From assembly GCA_028707065.1 (NCBI GenBank), contig JAQTUZ010000001.1, positions 98,737 to 162,736 on the forward strand: a stretch of 64,000 nt of DNA, read 5' to 3'. Source of the DNA: Patescibacteria group bacterium. GTDB lineage: Bacteria; Patescibacteriota; Patescibacteriia; Patescibacteriales; WJLG01. The notes beneath the pieces were generated by a model. That model was given only the letters and a program-made list of their open reading frames with translations, was not told where the DNA came from and did no database searches. Position 1 is the stretch's first letter; each line of letters begins with the position of its first letter. Position numbers and translations under genes: made by a program. Shown here one piece after another: positions 41,396-51,565 of this stretch.

Positions 41396-42718
41396 ATGTT
41401 CAGAGTAAATGGTTCTCATTGGCTGGTGCCGAATGAACAGACAGAGGCGATTATTGCCATGGTGGAAAACGGCATTATCAAGTGGGACAACAAGCGGAGC
41501 TTGCCGCTCAAAAAAGGCGGTACGACTGATGTTTACATCAATTTGCGCGATATGCGCAGTCATCCGGAGTTGGTCGATTACCTGGCCAAATTGTACGCTA
41601 ATCCCGTACAACGGCTGCGGGTTGATCGTCTGGTTGAAGTTCCGGACGCGGTAAGTCCTCTGGCCGGCCATCTTTCCGTCATCACCGGCAAGCCGCTGGT
41701 GACGATCAGGGAAGAAGCCAAACCCGGACGAGTGACCAAAGGAAAATTGATCGGCGAGATAAAACGCGGCGATCGGGTGGTGATCATTGACGACGTCGTA
41801 ACCGACGGGGCTTCGAAGATCGCTCCGCTCGTTGAACTTCGTTCGGTCGGAGCAGTCGTTGTCGCAATTATAGTCATGGTCGACCGCCAGCAGGGTTGGC
41901 AGAAGAAATTGGCTGAAGCCGGTTTCGGCGATGTCGAAGTCTGGTCCGGAATGACCCTGCATCATGTGCGGCGCCATCTGGTCGAGACCAAACTGATGGA
42001 GCGCTGCGATCCGGAAATCGAAAAAAACAATCCGCTGATCGTCGCTTATGACGGCAAGCCGCCGGAAGAAGTTTTTTCTTATCTGGATCTGTTGCGTCCA
42101 GCCGGCTGCATTGCCAAAGTCAACGACATGTCTCTTACCGGGAATATAAATGAAGTCATCGCGGATCTTTCTGTTTATGCGCGGGTGATGTATGACCCGA
42201 AGTGGCACGATATTCCCAAGACCGTGACCAACGATTGCAAGCGGCTGCGGAAGACTCCGCCTTGGGCAGTTACCGTGCATGCTTCCGGTGGAAGTGAAAT
42301 GGTCAAAGCCGCGGTCGAAGGAATGGCTGGAACACCGACTATCGTCTTGGCGGTAACGCTTCTGACTTCTATCGGTAGCGAGTGCGATAAAATATTCTGT
42401 CGCCAGCCGATCGATCAGGTGATGAAACTCGCCGAACTTGCTTATGACGCCGGGGCGCGCGGGTTTGTCTGCTCGGCCGAGGAAGCGGCAATACTGCGGA
42501 AGAAATATTCCGATGCGGTAATTGTCATTCCCGGGCTTCGTTCGCCAGGCAAAGATGCGCACGAACAAAAGCGGATTGGCACATTTATCGGCGCGAAAGA
42601 AGTGGGAGGAAATTTCTTCGTCGGCGGCCGGCAGTTTCTTGAGTCGGCTGATCCGGTGGCGGAGATTTTCCGGGTGCTGAAGGAAGAGTTGGGCGTTGAG
42701 CTGCCGACTGGTAAGTAA
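41396..42718 (+). CDS. pyrE-pyrF: fused orotate phosphoribosyltransferase / orotidine-5'-phosphate decarboxylase
   Basis: PRTase motif VVIIDDVVTDGASK in the N-half; ODCase motifs IAKVNDM and DPKWHDIPKTV in the C-half. Confidence 0.85.
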   Translation: MFRVNGSHWLVPNEQTEAIIAMVENGIIKWDNKRSLPLKKGGTTDVYINLRDMRSHPELVDYLAKLYANPVQRLRVDRLVEVPDAVSPLAGHLSVITGKPLVTIREEAKPGRVTKGKLIGEIKRGDRVVIIDDVVTDGASKIAPLVELRSVGAVVVAIIVMVDRQQGWQKKLAEAGFGDVEVWSGMTLHHVRRHLVETKLMERCDPEIEKNNPLIVAYDGKPPEEVFSYLDLLRPAGCIAKVNDMSLTGNINEVIADLSVYARVMYDPKWHDIPKTVTNDCKRLRKTPPWAVTVHASGGSEMVKAAVEGMAGTPTIVLAVTLLTSIGSECDKIFCRQPIDQVMKLAELAYDAGARGFVCSAEEAAILRKKYSDAVIVIPGLRSPGKDAHEQKRIGTFIGAKEVGGNFFVGGRQFLESADPVAEIFRVLKEELGVELPTGK

Positions 42719-42861
42719 TCAAAGCAAGGCAGTCAAAGTGAAGATAGATAGCGGTCACGACACGAGTCGGGACCGCTTTTTAAGTGTAACGATTGTCGTT
42801 ATTTTACGTATATATTAATATAACCGGCCGGGCAAGAAATTTCTTGAGGCCGTGATTTTTT

Positions 42862-44622
42862 ATGAAAAGCAAGGCTTTGGCGACAATTAAGATCTATTGG
42901 GCCAATATCCGCAAGCGGAAAATGGTATTTTTTGGCTTGGCAGGCTTGGCAATCGCGGCGGCTTCGATCGAAACCATCATTCCTATCTATTTTAAAAGAA
43001 TTATCGACGTCATTGCCGCGCCCGGGGTGAAAGGAATAATGTATCAGGCCGCTTTCGGGTTGTTGCTGACCGCCGCGGCCTTGTCGTTTATCCGCTGGGC
43101 GCTATGGCGCGTCGCCGTCATTTTGGATATCAGGCTGGTTTCCCGGTCGATCGCCGAAATGAACAATGACAGCTTCCGGCATCTGCATCGCCAATCTTTT
43201 TCTTTTTTCAGCAACAATTTTTCCGGCACCTTGGTCAAGAGAGTCAATTATTTCACCCGAGCCTTTGAAAACATCACGGATAATTTTTTCTGGAATCTTT
43301 TGCCGATGATCGTCAACATGGTGATCATCATCACTGTTTTATGTTTTCGCAACGTGGCCATGGGGCTGGCCACCTTGGTTTGGCTGATCATCTTTTTCAC
43401 CCTCAATTTCTTCTTCGCCAATTGGAAATATAAATATGACATCATGGAAACCGAGGCCATTTCCAAAACGACCGGATTTTTGTCCGACACCATCACCAAT
43501 TTTTCCAGCATCAAATTATTCAACGGCAATAAAAGGGAAAACAAATCTTATTCCGATCTTACCGAAGATACGCGGAAAAAAATGCAGTACGCCTGGAGCA
43601 CGGAAGAGATCTTCAACGGCACCTCTTCATTTCTGATGATCGTTTTGGAATTCGGCTTATTGATCTTTGCCATCCGGCTTTGGCGGCAAGGCTTGTTCAC
43701 GCCGGGCGATTTTGTTTTGGTGCAAGCTTATGTGATTCTGATCATCGATCAATCCTGGCAATTCGGCAGGATGGTGCGTAATTTTTATCGTTCTTTTTCC
43801 GATGCCGAAGAAATGACCACGCTCTTGCAAACCACGCCGGAGATCGTTGATCGCCCCGGAGCCAAGGAATTGAAGGTAAGCGAAGGGAAAATCGAATTCA
43901 GCAAAGTTGTTTTTTGCTATCATGAAACCAGAAAGATTTTAGCTAACTTCAATTTGACGATCAAGGCCGGCGAAAAGATCGCTTTGATCGGCCCGTCCGG
44001 CGCCGGTAAAACCACGGTGATCAAATTGCTTTTGCGGAATTTTGATCTTACCGGCGGGCATATTTTGATCGACGGCCAGGATATCGCCGGAGTTACGCAG
44101 GAAAGTCTTTGGAAAAACATCAGTTTGGTGCCGCAAGACCCGGTTTTGTTCCACCGCAATTTGAAAGAAAATATCCGCTATGGCCGTCCTGGCGCTTCTG
44201 ATGCCGAAGTCATCAAAGCTTCCAAGCTGGCTCATTGCCATGAATTTATCGCGGATCTGCCCAAGGGCTATGATACTTTTGTCGGCGAGCGCGGCATCAA
44301 GTTGTCCGGCGGCGAACGCCAGCGCGTCGCGATCGCCCGGGCGATCTTGCGCAACGCGCCGATCTTGGTTTTGGACGAAGCGACCTCTTCGCTTGATTCC
44401 GAATCGGAAGGTTTGATCCAGGATGCGTTGGAAAAATTGATGAAAGATAAGACCGTGATCGTCATCGCTCATCGCCTTTCGACCATCCGCAAGATGGACC
44501 GGATAATTTTCATTGATGAAGGAAAAATAAAAGAAGAAGGCACGCATCAAGAATTGGAAAACAAGCCGAACGGTTTATATCGCCATCTTTGGGAATTGCA
44601 GGCCGGCGGATTTATGGAATAA
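42862..44622 (+). CDS. ABC transporter, fused permease/ATPase (MsbA-like exporter)
   Basis: 6 TM helices then Walker A GPSGAGKTT, signature LSGGERQR, Walker B ILVLDEATS. Confidence 0.9.
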   Translation: MKSKALATIKIYWANIRKRKMVFFGLAGLAIAAASIETIIPIYFKRIIDVIAAPGVKGIMYQAAFGLLLTAAALSFIRWALWRVAVILDIRLVSRSIAEMNNDSFRHLHRQSFSFFSNNFSGTLVKRVNYFTRAFENITDNFFWNLLPMIVNMVIIITVLCFRNVAMGLATLVWLIIFFTLNFFFANWKYKYDIMETEAISKTTGFLSDTITNFSSIKLFNGNKRENKSYSDLTEDTRKKMQYAWSTEEIFNGTSSFLMIVLEFGLLIFAIRLWRQGLFTPGDFVLVQAYVILIIDQSWQFGRMVRNFYRSFSDAEEMTTLLQTTPEIVDRPGAKELKVSEGKIEFSKVVFCYHETRKILANFNLTIKAGEKIALIGPSGAGKTTVIKLLLRNFDLTGGHILIDGQDIAGVTQESLWKNISLVPQDPVLFHRNLKENIRYGRPGASDAEVIKASKLAHCHEFIADLPKGYDTFVGERGIKLSGGERQRVAIARAILRNAPILVLDEATSSLDSESEGLIQDALEKLMKDKTVIVIAHRLSTIRKMDRIIFIDEGKIKEEGTHQELENKPNGLYRHLWELQAGGFME

Positions 44623-44669
44623 ATTATTAAAATCTTTGCCACTTTTTTTAGAAAAAGTGGCGCATACAA

Positions 44670-44702
44670 ACCACCCCCAGACCCCTCCTTGGAAAGGAGG
44701 GG
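44670..44702 (+). repeat. family B element, intergenic
   Basis: ACCACCCCCAGACCCCTCCTTGGAAAGGAGGGG. Confidence 0.8.
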
Positions 44703-44783
44703 AGGCGCGCAGGCCTTATTTCCTATCACTCCGCTAGTCCCGCTGCGGATTTGAATTACGCAAACAGCAGTAAAAATAAATAG

Positions 44784-44816
44784 CCCGGAAATCCGCGCAG
44801 ATTTCCGGGCTTTTTT
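44784..44816 (+). terminator. rho-independent terminator
   Basis: CCCGGAAATC-cgcgca-GATTTCCGGG followed by a T6 run. Confidence 0.7.
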
Positions 44817-44834
44817 GATAGAAATAATTATCGG

Positions 44835-45107
44835 TCAACGAGGGCGCGGAGTTTCTCCGTGGCCCATGTTCAGGCATTCGCCGCCTATTTGTACGACAGG
44901 GGGAGCTTTCTGATAGTAGGCGGGTGGAATCGTATTGTGCGTTTCGACTTTTGGCGCCGCAAATTTTTTCAGAACGTGCGGCAAGACTGCATCACGTATG
45001 GAGTCGCGGACGGCCTTATTGACCCCCACTGGTCCGGTTATCAATGAATCGGTAGCTTTGAAGCCTCCAGGGAATTCTACCGGCTGTCTGAGCAACTTCT
45101 TTTTCAT
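44835..45107 (-). CDS. hypothetical small protein
   Basis: Start moved to the in-frame ATG (MKKKLLRQ), which has AAGGAG upstream; no family recognised. Confidence 0.4.
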   Translation of the reverse strand: MKKKLLRQPVEFPGGFKATDSLITGPVGVNKAVRDSIRDAVLPHVLKKFAAPKVETHNTIPPAYYQKAPPVVQIGGECLNMGHGETPRPR

Positions 45108-45183
45108 TTTGATCTCCTTGGGCAAAGGTAAAAGCGTTTTTTATTTGATATAACAATAACAAAGATTACCTTTTTTGTCAAGG

Positions 45184-45221
45184 TAAAAAAAGAGCCCGGG
45201 GACTTGAAGAAGTTCCCGGGC
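45184..45221 (-). terminator. rho-independent terminator for the 45227-46012 gene
   Basis: GCCCGGGAACT...AGTCCCCGGGC on the minus strand, followed by a T-run. Confidence 0.65.
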
Positions 45222-45226
45222 CTTGG

Positions 45227-46012
45227 TTAACGCTGATAAGATTTTCGCAGCATCAGCCGGCTTTTTAATGCTATTACATAGATCGGCAGGATTTGCTGGG
45301 CCAGATCGCGGCCAATCATTTTGACTCCGATTTTGGCGTCGATGCCGGACAGATCGCCGGCGCTGATCTTGGCCAGGGAATTTTCTCCTGGCTGGTTGGC
45401 CAAAAATCCATCAAGATAATTGAAAAAATTTCCCTTGCTAGCCGCATTGAGTATGTTGGCGGCGGTCATCGCGCTCTCGCGGTCTTCACCGAAGTTTTTT
45501 TCCGGCGCATCGGCCGCGGCCGATTGCAAGCCGTAAAAAAGCAGCGCGGCAAAAAGCGATTTGGGGCAATCAATACCCCAGATCAGCAGTCTTTTTTCCT
45601 TAGCCTGGTAAGTGATAAAAGGCCGGTAGTCTTTTAGGCTAAGGGGAATAAAACAGATCGACAGGCTGATCTTTTGTTTCGGATTATTTTTCAGCTTTGG
45701 ATAATAGGCCGAATCGCCGAAAAAATATCCGAAGCGAAAAACCGGTTTGGCCGCCAAATAATCGGCGAGCAAAGTGGTGGGCGGGATCCTGTCCTGGTAA
45801 GCATTGACGAGATCGTTTACTTCCACCATCTTTTTTTCCAGCATGCTTTCTGATCCGCTTCCAATAAGCCACCAAGCGGCAGAATCAAGAGGATGCAGAT
45901 CCAAATAACCATTAACGGCTTGCGCGTTCAGCTCATCAGACGTCTGTGCCGAAACAGAAACCGCCAAGATGGCGATGAAAAAAGAAAGGAACAACAACGT
46001 CATTTGTTTCAT
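45227..46012 (-). CDS. secreted hypothetical protein
   Basis: Start moved to MKQMTLLFLSFFIAILAVSVSA (signal peptide) with GGAGG upstream. Confidence 0.5.
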   Translation of the reverse strand: MKQMTLLFLSFFIAILAVSVSAQTSDELNAQAVNGYLDLHPLDSAAWWLIGSGSESMLEKKMVEVNDLVNAYQDRIPPTTLLADYLAAKPVFRFGYFFGDSAYYPKLKNNPKQKISLSICFIPLSLKDYRPFITYQAKEKRLLIWGIDCPKSLFAALLFYGLQSAAADAPEKNFGEDRESAMTAANILNAASKGNFFNYLDGFLANQPGENSLAKISAGDLSGIDAKIGVKMIGRDLAQQILPIYVIALKSRLMLRKSYQR

Positions 46013-46154
46013 GATTGCCTCCGGTTTGAATGAAAAAGAGCTTTTCATCATCTTAATCTTTACCGGTTTTTTTGTCAAAATTATTTGTTTTCGCGGTAAA
46101 ATTGGAATATAATTAGTTTAGCAATCGAGAACTAATAATTAATCAACTAATTTT

Positions 46155-46712
46155 ATGACCAACACGCAAGCCAATCTTTTAAAAGCCATTGCCGGCGAAT
46201 CAATGGCGCGGAACAAATATACTTATTATGCCGAGATCGCGATGAAGGAAAATTTGGTTTGGGCGGCCAAAGTTTTTGAGGAAACGGCCGATAATGAAAA
46301 AGCCCACGCTAAGGAAGAATTGGAGCAGATTGCCGGCCACACCGAGATGACCAATACTTATGATATTCACCCCTTAGGCAATACGCTGGATAATTTGCGC
46401 CACGCCGCCGAAGGGGAAAAATTCGAATTCGGCGTGATGTATCCGAATTTCGAGCGGGAAGCCCGCGAAGAAGGCGACGAGAAAGCCGCCAAACTTTTTC
46501 ACGAGATCGCTGAAGTGGAAGCCAAGCACGCCGAGCGCTACACAATTATGGCTGACCGGCTGGAATCAGGAATGATGTTTACCAGTGAAAAAGAAGTCGA
46601 ATGGAAATGCTTGAATTGCGGCTATGTCCACAAGGGCAAGACCGCCCCGGGAAAATGCCCGCTTTGCCAGAAGCCGCAAGGCTGGTATATGCAAATCGGA
46701 GTCGTCAGATAA
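46155..46712 (+). CDS. rubrerythrin
   Basis: Diiron ExxH motifs (EKAHAKEE, EAKHAERY) plus a C-terminal rubredoxin-like CLNCG...CPLC. Confidence 0.9.
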   Translation: MTNTQANLLKAIAGESMARNKYTYYAEIAMKENLVWAAKVFEETADNEKAHAKEELEQIAGHTEMTNTYDIHPLGNTLDNLRHAAEGEKFEFGVMYPNFEREAREEGDEKAAKLFHEIAEVEAKHAERYTIMADRLESGMMFTSEKEVEWKCLNCGYVHKGKTAPGKCPLCQKPQGWYMQIGVVR

Positions 46713-46777
46713 TTTTTAATCGAATTTTTTAAATAAATAATCCCGCGAGCATGACTTCGCGGGATTTTAGATCTAGT

Positions 46778-47215
46778 TCATTTTTTTCTGGTGGTGAAGC
46801 ACCAGCCGATTTTGCCTGGAAATATTGTTTTATTCTTGTCGGCGAGATTGGCGGCGATGACGTGATAAGTGGTTGCCAGATAAAGCGGATGCTCAGGGAT
46901 CAAGTAAAAAATTCCCCGGCGGCTTTTGATCGCACATTTCACTTCTTCGCCGTATTCGGTATAAAGGCAGCAAAAGGTGCCGGACATCTTTTGAATCACG
47001 AGACTGGTATCATAGAAGATGATCTTGATGAGGGATAGCGGGGGCACCTCGGTAGCGCTATCTGGCGGGCTAACGCTGTCGATAACGTCCATGAGGCTGA
47101 GAGGGGGCGGAGTATCGACAACAAAATTAGGGGGTTTGACGGCGTGAAAAACCGGCGCGCAACCAAAAAATAACAAGCAGTAAAGAAAGGGCAAGTAAAC
47201 GATTCCTTTGATCAT
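46778..47215 (-). CDS. lipoprotein with an SbsA-type Ig-like domain
   Basis: Lipobox-like LFFGC; PPDSATEVP...YHVIAANLADKNKTIFPGKIGWCFTT resembles Big_5/SbsA_Ig. Confidence 0.5.
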   Translation of the reverse strand: MIKGIVYLPFLYCLLFFGCAPVFHAVKPPNFVVDTPPPLSLMDVIDSVSPPDSATEVPPLSLIKIIFYDTSLVIQKMSGTFCCLYTEYGEEVKCAIKSRRGIFYLIPEHPLYLATTYHVIAANLADKNKTIFPGKIGWCFTTRKK

Positions 47216-47352
47216 ATTAGCTCCTTTAGCTAAGGTTCACTTTTCAATATGAGCAATATAAATCTTTTTTTCTCATTTGTCAAAGATAATGCCCATATCC
47301 TAGATACGTGATATAATTTAGTTATAATTAGGGATTTTACAGCAATATTTTT

Positions 47353-48261
47353 ATGAATTGGTTTTGGCTAGCCTTATTAAGCACTACCTTGTGGAGCTTG
47401 ACCACTTTTTTGGATAAATATTTGGTCAACCGATTTTTCCAGAAGCGTGGGATGACCGTTTTAATTTTTTTCGGCGCGGTGATCGGGCTATTGCTTTTGC
47501 CCGTAATTTTGTTGATCCGCCGGAATGTTTTAGAAATTCCGCTCCACGATATTTTTATTCTGATCGCTTCCGGAATCGTCTATGTTTTCGCGATTCTGCC
47601 GTATTTCATCGTTTTGCGCAAAGAGGATCCATCGACAGCTGCGCCTTTTTTTCAGGCTATTCCGGTCTTTTCGTTTTTTCTCGGTTTGATCTTCCTTCAC
47701 GAAGTTTTGACTTTTAACCAAATTGCCGGCGGGCTGCTGATAATTTTTGGGACAGTTGGCATAGCGGTGGAATTTAAACGCGCGCGCCAGCGGATCCGCT
47801 GGCGGTCATTTTTGCTCTTGATGCTGTCAGTTTTTCTTTATGCCCTGAATATTTTTTTATTTAAATTCATCGAGACAGCAAGCGATTTTTGGACGACCAG
47901 TTTTTGGGAATATTCTGGGTTTGGCTTGGTGGCCTTAGCAATGCTGGCGATCAAAAAATATCGCTCCGATATCTGGGCGTTTTTAAAAGCTAATGGCCGC
48001 CGGATCGTAGGCGTCAGCGCTTTGAATGAGGCGATGAATATCGCGGCCAAGATCATTTTTAATTATGCCTCCTTATTCGCTCCGCTAGCTTTGGTTTGGG
48101 TGGTAGGTAGCGCCCAGCCTTTTGTCGTCTTGGTCTTGGGTGCGGTCTTAACTTTGTTTTTGCCGAAAATATTCAAGGAGGATATTTCTCAGAAAACTCT
48201 GGCGCAAAAATTCGTTTTCATCGCGGTTATTTTGATCGGCGCCTTTATCATTAATCGTTAA
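47353..48261 (+). CDS. EamA/DMT family transporter
   Basis: 302 aa, 10 TM helices in two EamA-like halves. Confidence 0.7.
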   Translation: MNWFWLALLSTTLWSLTTFLDKYLVNRFFQKRGMTVLIFFGAVIGLLLLPVILLIRRNVLEIPLHDIFILIASGIVYVFAILPYFIVLRKEDPSTAAPFFQAIPVFSFFLGLIFLHEVLTFNQIAGGLLIIFGTVGIAVEFKRARQRIRWRSFLLLMLSVFLYALNIFLFKFIETASDFWTTSFWEYSGFGLVALAMLAIKKYRSDIWAFLKANGRRIVGVSALNEAMNIAAKIIFNYASLFAPLALVWVVGSAQPFVVLVLGAVLTLFLPKIFKEDISQKTLAQKFVFIAVILIGAFIINR

Positions 48262-48265
48262 TCAA

Positions 48266-48946
48266 GTGGCAGAATTAAAAAAAGAGGGTTTTATTTTGAT
48301 CGACAAGCCGGCCGGCCCGACTTCTTTCGGGGTGATCGCCCGCTTGCGGCGGATTACCGGGATAAAAAAAATCGGCCATGCCGGCACGCTTGATCCGGCC
48401 GCGTCTGGGCTGCTGCTTTGCGCTATCGGCCGCTCGGCCACCAGAGAGATCGGGCGTTTTGTTAAAAAAGACAAAAAATATGAGGCATTGATCCGTTTGG
48501 GCATCACGACTGATACTTATGACCGCGAAGGAAAAATTTTAACCGAATATCATGGCGAGCCGGTTGATAAAAAAGAAATTAAAAAAATCGTGGCGACGCT
48601 ATCAGGCAAACAAGAGCAGATTCCGCCGATGTTTTCAGCTAAGAAAGTCGGCGGCCGGAAATTATATGAGCTGGCCAGAAAGGGGATTGAAATTATCCGC
48701 CAACCCAATCAAATTGAAATTTATCAGGCGAAAATTTTAAAATATCATTGGCCGGACTTGCGTCTGCTGATTCATTGCTCATCCGGAACTTTTATCCGCT
48801 CGATTGCCGATGACCTTGGCCGTAAGCTTGGTTGCGGCGCGTATTTGTCCGGGCTTGTCAGAATTGCTTCGGGGAGCTATAAATTAAAGCAAGCGGTTCC
48901 TTTAGAAAAAATAAATAGCCAAAATTGGCGAAAACAATTGTTTTAG
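48266..48946 (+). CDS. truB: tRNA pseudouridine(55) synthase
   Basis: GTG start; FILIDKPAGPTSF and catalytic HAGTLDPAASGLL motif. Confidence 0.9.
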   Translation: MAELKKEGFILIDKPAGPTSFGVIARLRRITGIKKIGHAGTLDPAASGLLLCAIGRSATREIGRFVKKDKKYEALIRLGITTDTYDREGKILTEYHGEPVDKKEIKKIVATLSGKQEQIPPMFSAKKVGGRKLYELARKGIEIIRQPNQIEIYQAKILKYHWPDLRLLIHCSSGTFIRSIADDLGRKLGCGAYLSGLVRIASGSYKLKQAVPLEKINSQNWRKQLF

Positions 48947-48988
48947 ATCTTTTAAACAAGGACATTATGGTCTTTAAGGAGGTGCTCT

Positions 48989-49228
48989 ATGGGTATTTTT
49001 TCCGCTTTGTTTGGAATGCCGACAAAGGTCAATAAGGAAGGCGGCCTTGGCTGTCAGGCGGAATTAGATGAATATTGGCGGGCAATCGCTCCGGACAGCA
49101 GCCAAGATCAAAATCCGCCTTCGTATCAGCATATCGAAAAAGCAATTTGCGCTCATTGCCACCATCCGAGTTCTTTTTGCGTCGGGGGAAACTGTAATAG
49201 ATGTGGCCAACCGTGGCGAGCCGCCTGA
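48989..49228 (+). CDS. small cysteine/histidine-rich protein
   Basis: AAGGAGG Shine-Dalgarno; CAHCHH...CVGGNCNRCG; terminator hairpin downstream. Confidence 0.5.
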   Translation: MGIFSALFGMPTKVNKEGGLGCQAELDEYWRAIAPDSSQDQNPPSYQHIEKAICAHCHHPSSFCVGGNCNRCGQPWRAA

Positions 49229-49336
49229 AAAATTTCTTCATTAAGCGCCAACTGAATTTGGCGCTTTTCATTTAATCCTCACCTTGTATAATAATGAAGA
49301 TGTGTTAAGATTAGGCATTAATTGAGACTGATAATT

Positions 49337-50824
49337 ATGAAAAAATATTCTTTGGAAATAACTGTTTTTCTTTGCGGCGCGGCGCTGATGATTTTGGAGC
49401 TGGTCGGCTCGCGGGTTTTGGCGCCTTATATTGGCACTTCCACGATTGTTTGGACTTCGCTGATCGGCATCATCCTTGGCGCCTTGAGCTTAGGCTACTA
49501 TGTCGGCGGGAAAATGGCTGATAAGGAAGCTGACCGGCGCAAGCTTGCCATTATCATTTTAGGCGCGGCTTTTTTTGTTTTGGCGATAGTTTTGGTCAAT
49601 GAGGAAGTCCTGATTTTTGTCAGGGAAGTGACGCGCAATATTTATGTCACGGCGGTGGCCGCGACCATATTTTTATTTGCCGTGCCCAGTTTTCTCTTGG
49701 GGATCGTCTCGCCTTACGCGGTAAAGCTGAAAGTCAAAGATCTGCAGTATACCGGCAGGATGGTCGGCGATCTTTATGCCATTTCCACCATCGGCAGCAT
49801 CGTCGGCACTTTTGCCGCCGGATTTTTGCTGATCCCTTTTCTCGGCACGATCAATATCCTGTATTTTCTCGTCGCCCTGCTGATTTTTGCTTCGTTAATG
49901 ATTGTCCCGGGAAAGCTGCTTGGCGCAAGATGGGCCTTGATTATTATTTTGTTCGGGCTGATAATTTTTTTTCTGGCTAAAAGCGCTCATGCCGACGCGA
50001 GCCGGTTGATCGACGTCGACAGCCAATATAATCGGATCTGGATTGTTCCGGCTTCGGACGCGGAAACCAAACGGCCGGTTTTGCGCCTTTCTACTGATCC
50101 CTACGGCATCCAGTCGGGAATGTTCTTGGACGGCGATAATGACCTGGTTTACCGCTATTCCAAATATTATCGCCTCGCCGATGCGATCAATCCGGCGATC
50201 AGGACAGGGCTGATGATCGGCGGCGCGGCTTATTCCTATCCTAAGGATTTTTTGAAAAATCATCCGGGAGCGAGCATGGACGTGGTGGAGATCGATCCGG
50301 CGATGACCGAGCTTGCCAAAAAGTATTTTAATCTCAAAGACGACCCGCGTTTGCGTATTTACCATGAGGATGCGCGGGTTTTTTTGAATAATAATCAAAA
50401 AAAATACGACGCGGTCTATGTCGATGCTTTTACTTCCCATTTATCAATCCCTTATCAGCTCACTACCCGCGAGGCGGCGCAGGAAATTTATAACGGGATG
50501 AATGATAATGGCGTGGTGATCGTAAATATCATTTCGGCCTTGCAGGGTGGTAAGAGCAAATTCTTGCGGGCCGAGCTGGCGACCTACCAGGCGGTTTTTC
50601 CGCAAGTTTATCTGTTCCGCGTTTATAATACTGACGCTTACAAAGTGCAGAACGTGATGCTGATGGCGGTGAAAAGCCCGGTGCCGGCGAAATTGCAGAG
50701 CGACAATGCCGAGCTTTACAGCTATTTCGAGATGCTCTATCAGCAGCCGAACAAGAATGATTTGCCGGTTTTGACCGATGATTACGCGCCGGTTGACTAT
50801 TACACGATGAACATGATTAAATAG
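49337..50824 (+). CDS. fused membrane domain / spermidine synthase-like protein
   Basis: About 7 TM helices, then an aminopropyltransferase-like fold (GLMIGGAAYS...VEIDP...VDAF). Confidence 0.75.
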   Translation: MKKYSLEITVFLCGAALMILELVGSRVLAPYIGTSTIVWTSLIGIILGALSLGYYVGGKMADKEADRRKLAIIILGAAFFVLAIVLVNEEVLIFVREVTRNIYVTAVAATIFLFAVPSFLLGIVSPYAVKLKVKDLQYTGRMVGDLYAISTIGSIVGTFAAGFLLIPFLGTINILYFLVALLIFASLMIVPGKLLGARWALIIILFGLIIFFLAKSAHADASRLIDVDSQYNRIWIVPASDAETKRPVLRLSTDPYGIQSGMFLDGDNDLVYRYSKYYRLADAINPAIRTGLMIGGAAYSYPKDFLKNHPGASMDVVEIDPAMTELAKKYFNLKDDPRLRIYHEDARVFLNNNQKKYDAVYVDAFTSHLSIPYQLTTREAAQEIYNGMNDNGVVIVNIISALQGGKSKFLRAELATYQAVFPQVYLFRVYNTDAYKVQNVMLMAVKSPVPAKLQSDNAELYSYFEMLYQQPNKNDLPVLTDDYAPVDYYTMNMIK

Positions 50825-50857
50825 GAGATTATTGAACTTTTAGCAAGGGAGGTAAAA

Positions 50858-51172
50858 ATGGATCAAAACGCTTATTCGGAAGTGAGCGCGAATTATTTTT
50901 GCTGCGGCACAGCTGTTTGCTGCTTGGTTGCCGGGGCGCTAGTCGGAAGCATCATTGGCGTTATTTACGCTGTCAATAGTTTGTCTTTTTGGATGAGCGG
51001 CGCCTATGTCTTGCTGGCTTCCGGCGCCACTGCCGTAGTTTTGTCAATCTATATCGGCAGGAGTGAGTGCCATAAAATAGGGGAGATTATCACCAGTTCT
51101 TTCTTGGGATATACTGTCGGTTACTGCGTATTTTACGCCATTCTATTCCATTTGTTTCAGTTAGTATTTTAA
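50858..51172 (+). CDS. small membrane protein
   Basis: GGGAGG upstream; 3 hydrophobic helices. Confidence 0.5.
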   Translation: MDQNAYSEVSANYFCCGTAVCCLVAGALVGSIIGVIYAVNSLSFWMSGAYVLLASGATAVVLSIYIGRSECHKIGEIITSSFLGYTVGYCVFYAILFHLFQLVF

Positions 51173-51188
51173 GGATTCCCTTGATAGC

Positions 51189-51213
51189 GGCCATTGAATA
51201 AATGGCCTTTTTT
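51189..51213 (+). terminator. rho-independent terminator
   Basis: GGCCATT-gaata-AATGGCC followed by a T6 run. Confidence 0.7.
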
Positions 51214-51220
51214 ATTGGTA

Positions 51221-51272
51221 TTGACAATTTTAGCCGGTATGATATTATTTAGATAGTTGTCTAAACATCTAA
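51221..51272 (+). promoter_or_regulatory. sigma70-like promoter plus an imperfect palindrome (candidate ArsR operator)
   Basis: TTGACA, 16 nt, TATTAT, then TTAGATAGTTGTCTAAACATCTAA. Confidence 0.45.
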
Positions 51273-51293
51273 TAATCAGCTTTATTTGAATAT

Positions 51294-51557
51294 ATGGTAT
51301 TAAGCAAGACATTTAATGCTTTGTCCGATCCGAGCCGGCAAAAAATATTGGAATTATTGAAGAAGGGCGATCTGGCGGCCGGAGCGATCGGCGAATATTT
51401 TAAATTCACGGCCCCGACCTTGTCGCATCACCTGGGCGTGCTTAAGGATGCCGACTTGATTTCGGTGCGCCGCGACGGGCAGATGCAGATCTATTCGCTG
51501 AACTTGTCGGTCTTTGAAGAGGTAGCCGAGAAGGTTATAAAATTTTTTAAGAAATAA
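51294..51557 (+). CDS. ArsR/SmtB family transcriptional regulator (SdpR-like)
   Basis: 87 aa; LSDPSRQKILELL...TLSHHLGVLKDADLI winged helix. Confidence 0.85.
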   Translation: MVLSKTFNALSDPSRQKILELLKKGDLAAGAIGEYFKFTAPTLSHHLGVLKDADLISVRRDGQMQIYSLNLSVFEEVAEKVIKFFKK

Positions 51558-51565
51558 ATTAGCGT

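Noticed and set aside
41321-42568. 415-aa ORF on the minus strand
   Set aside because: It lies entirely antisense to the pyrE-pyrF gene, which has clear catalytic motifs. The antisense translation is low-complexity (R/G/H/P-rich) with no recognisable motif, so it is a shadow ORF.
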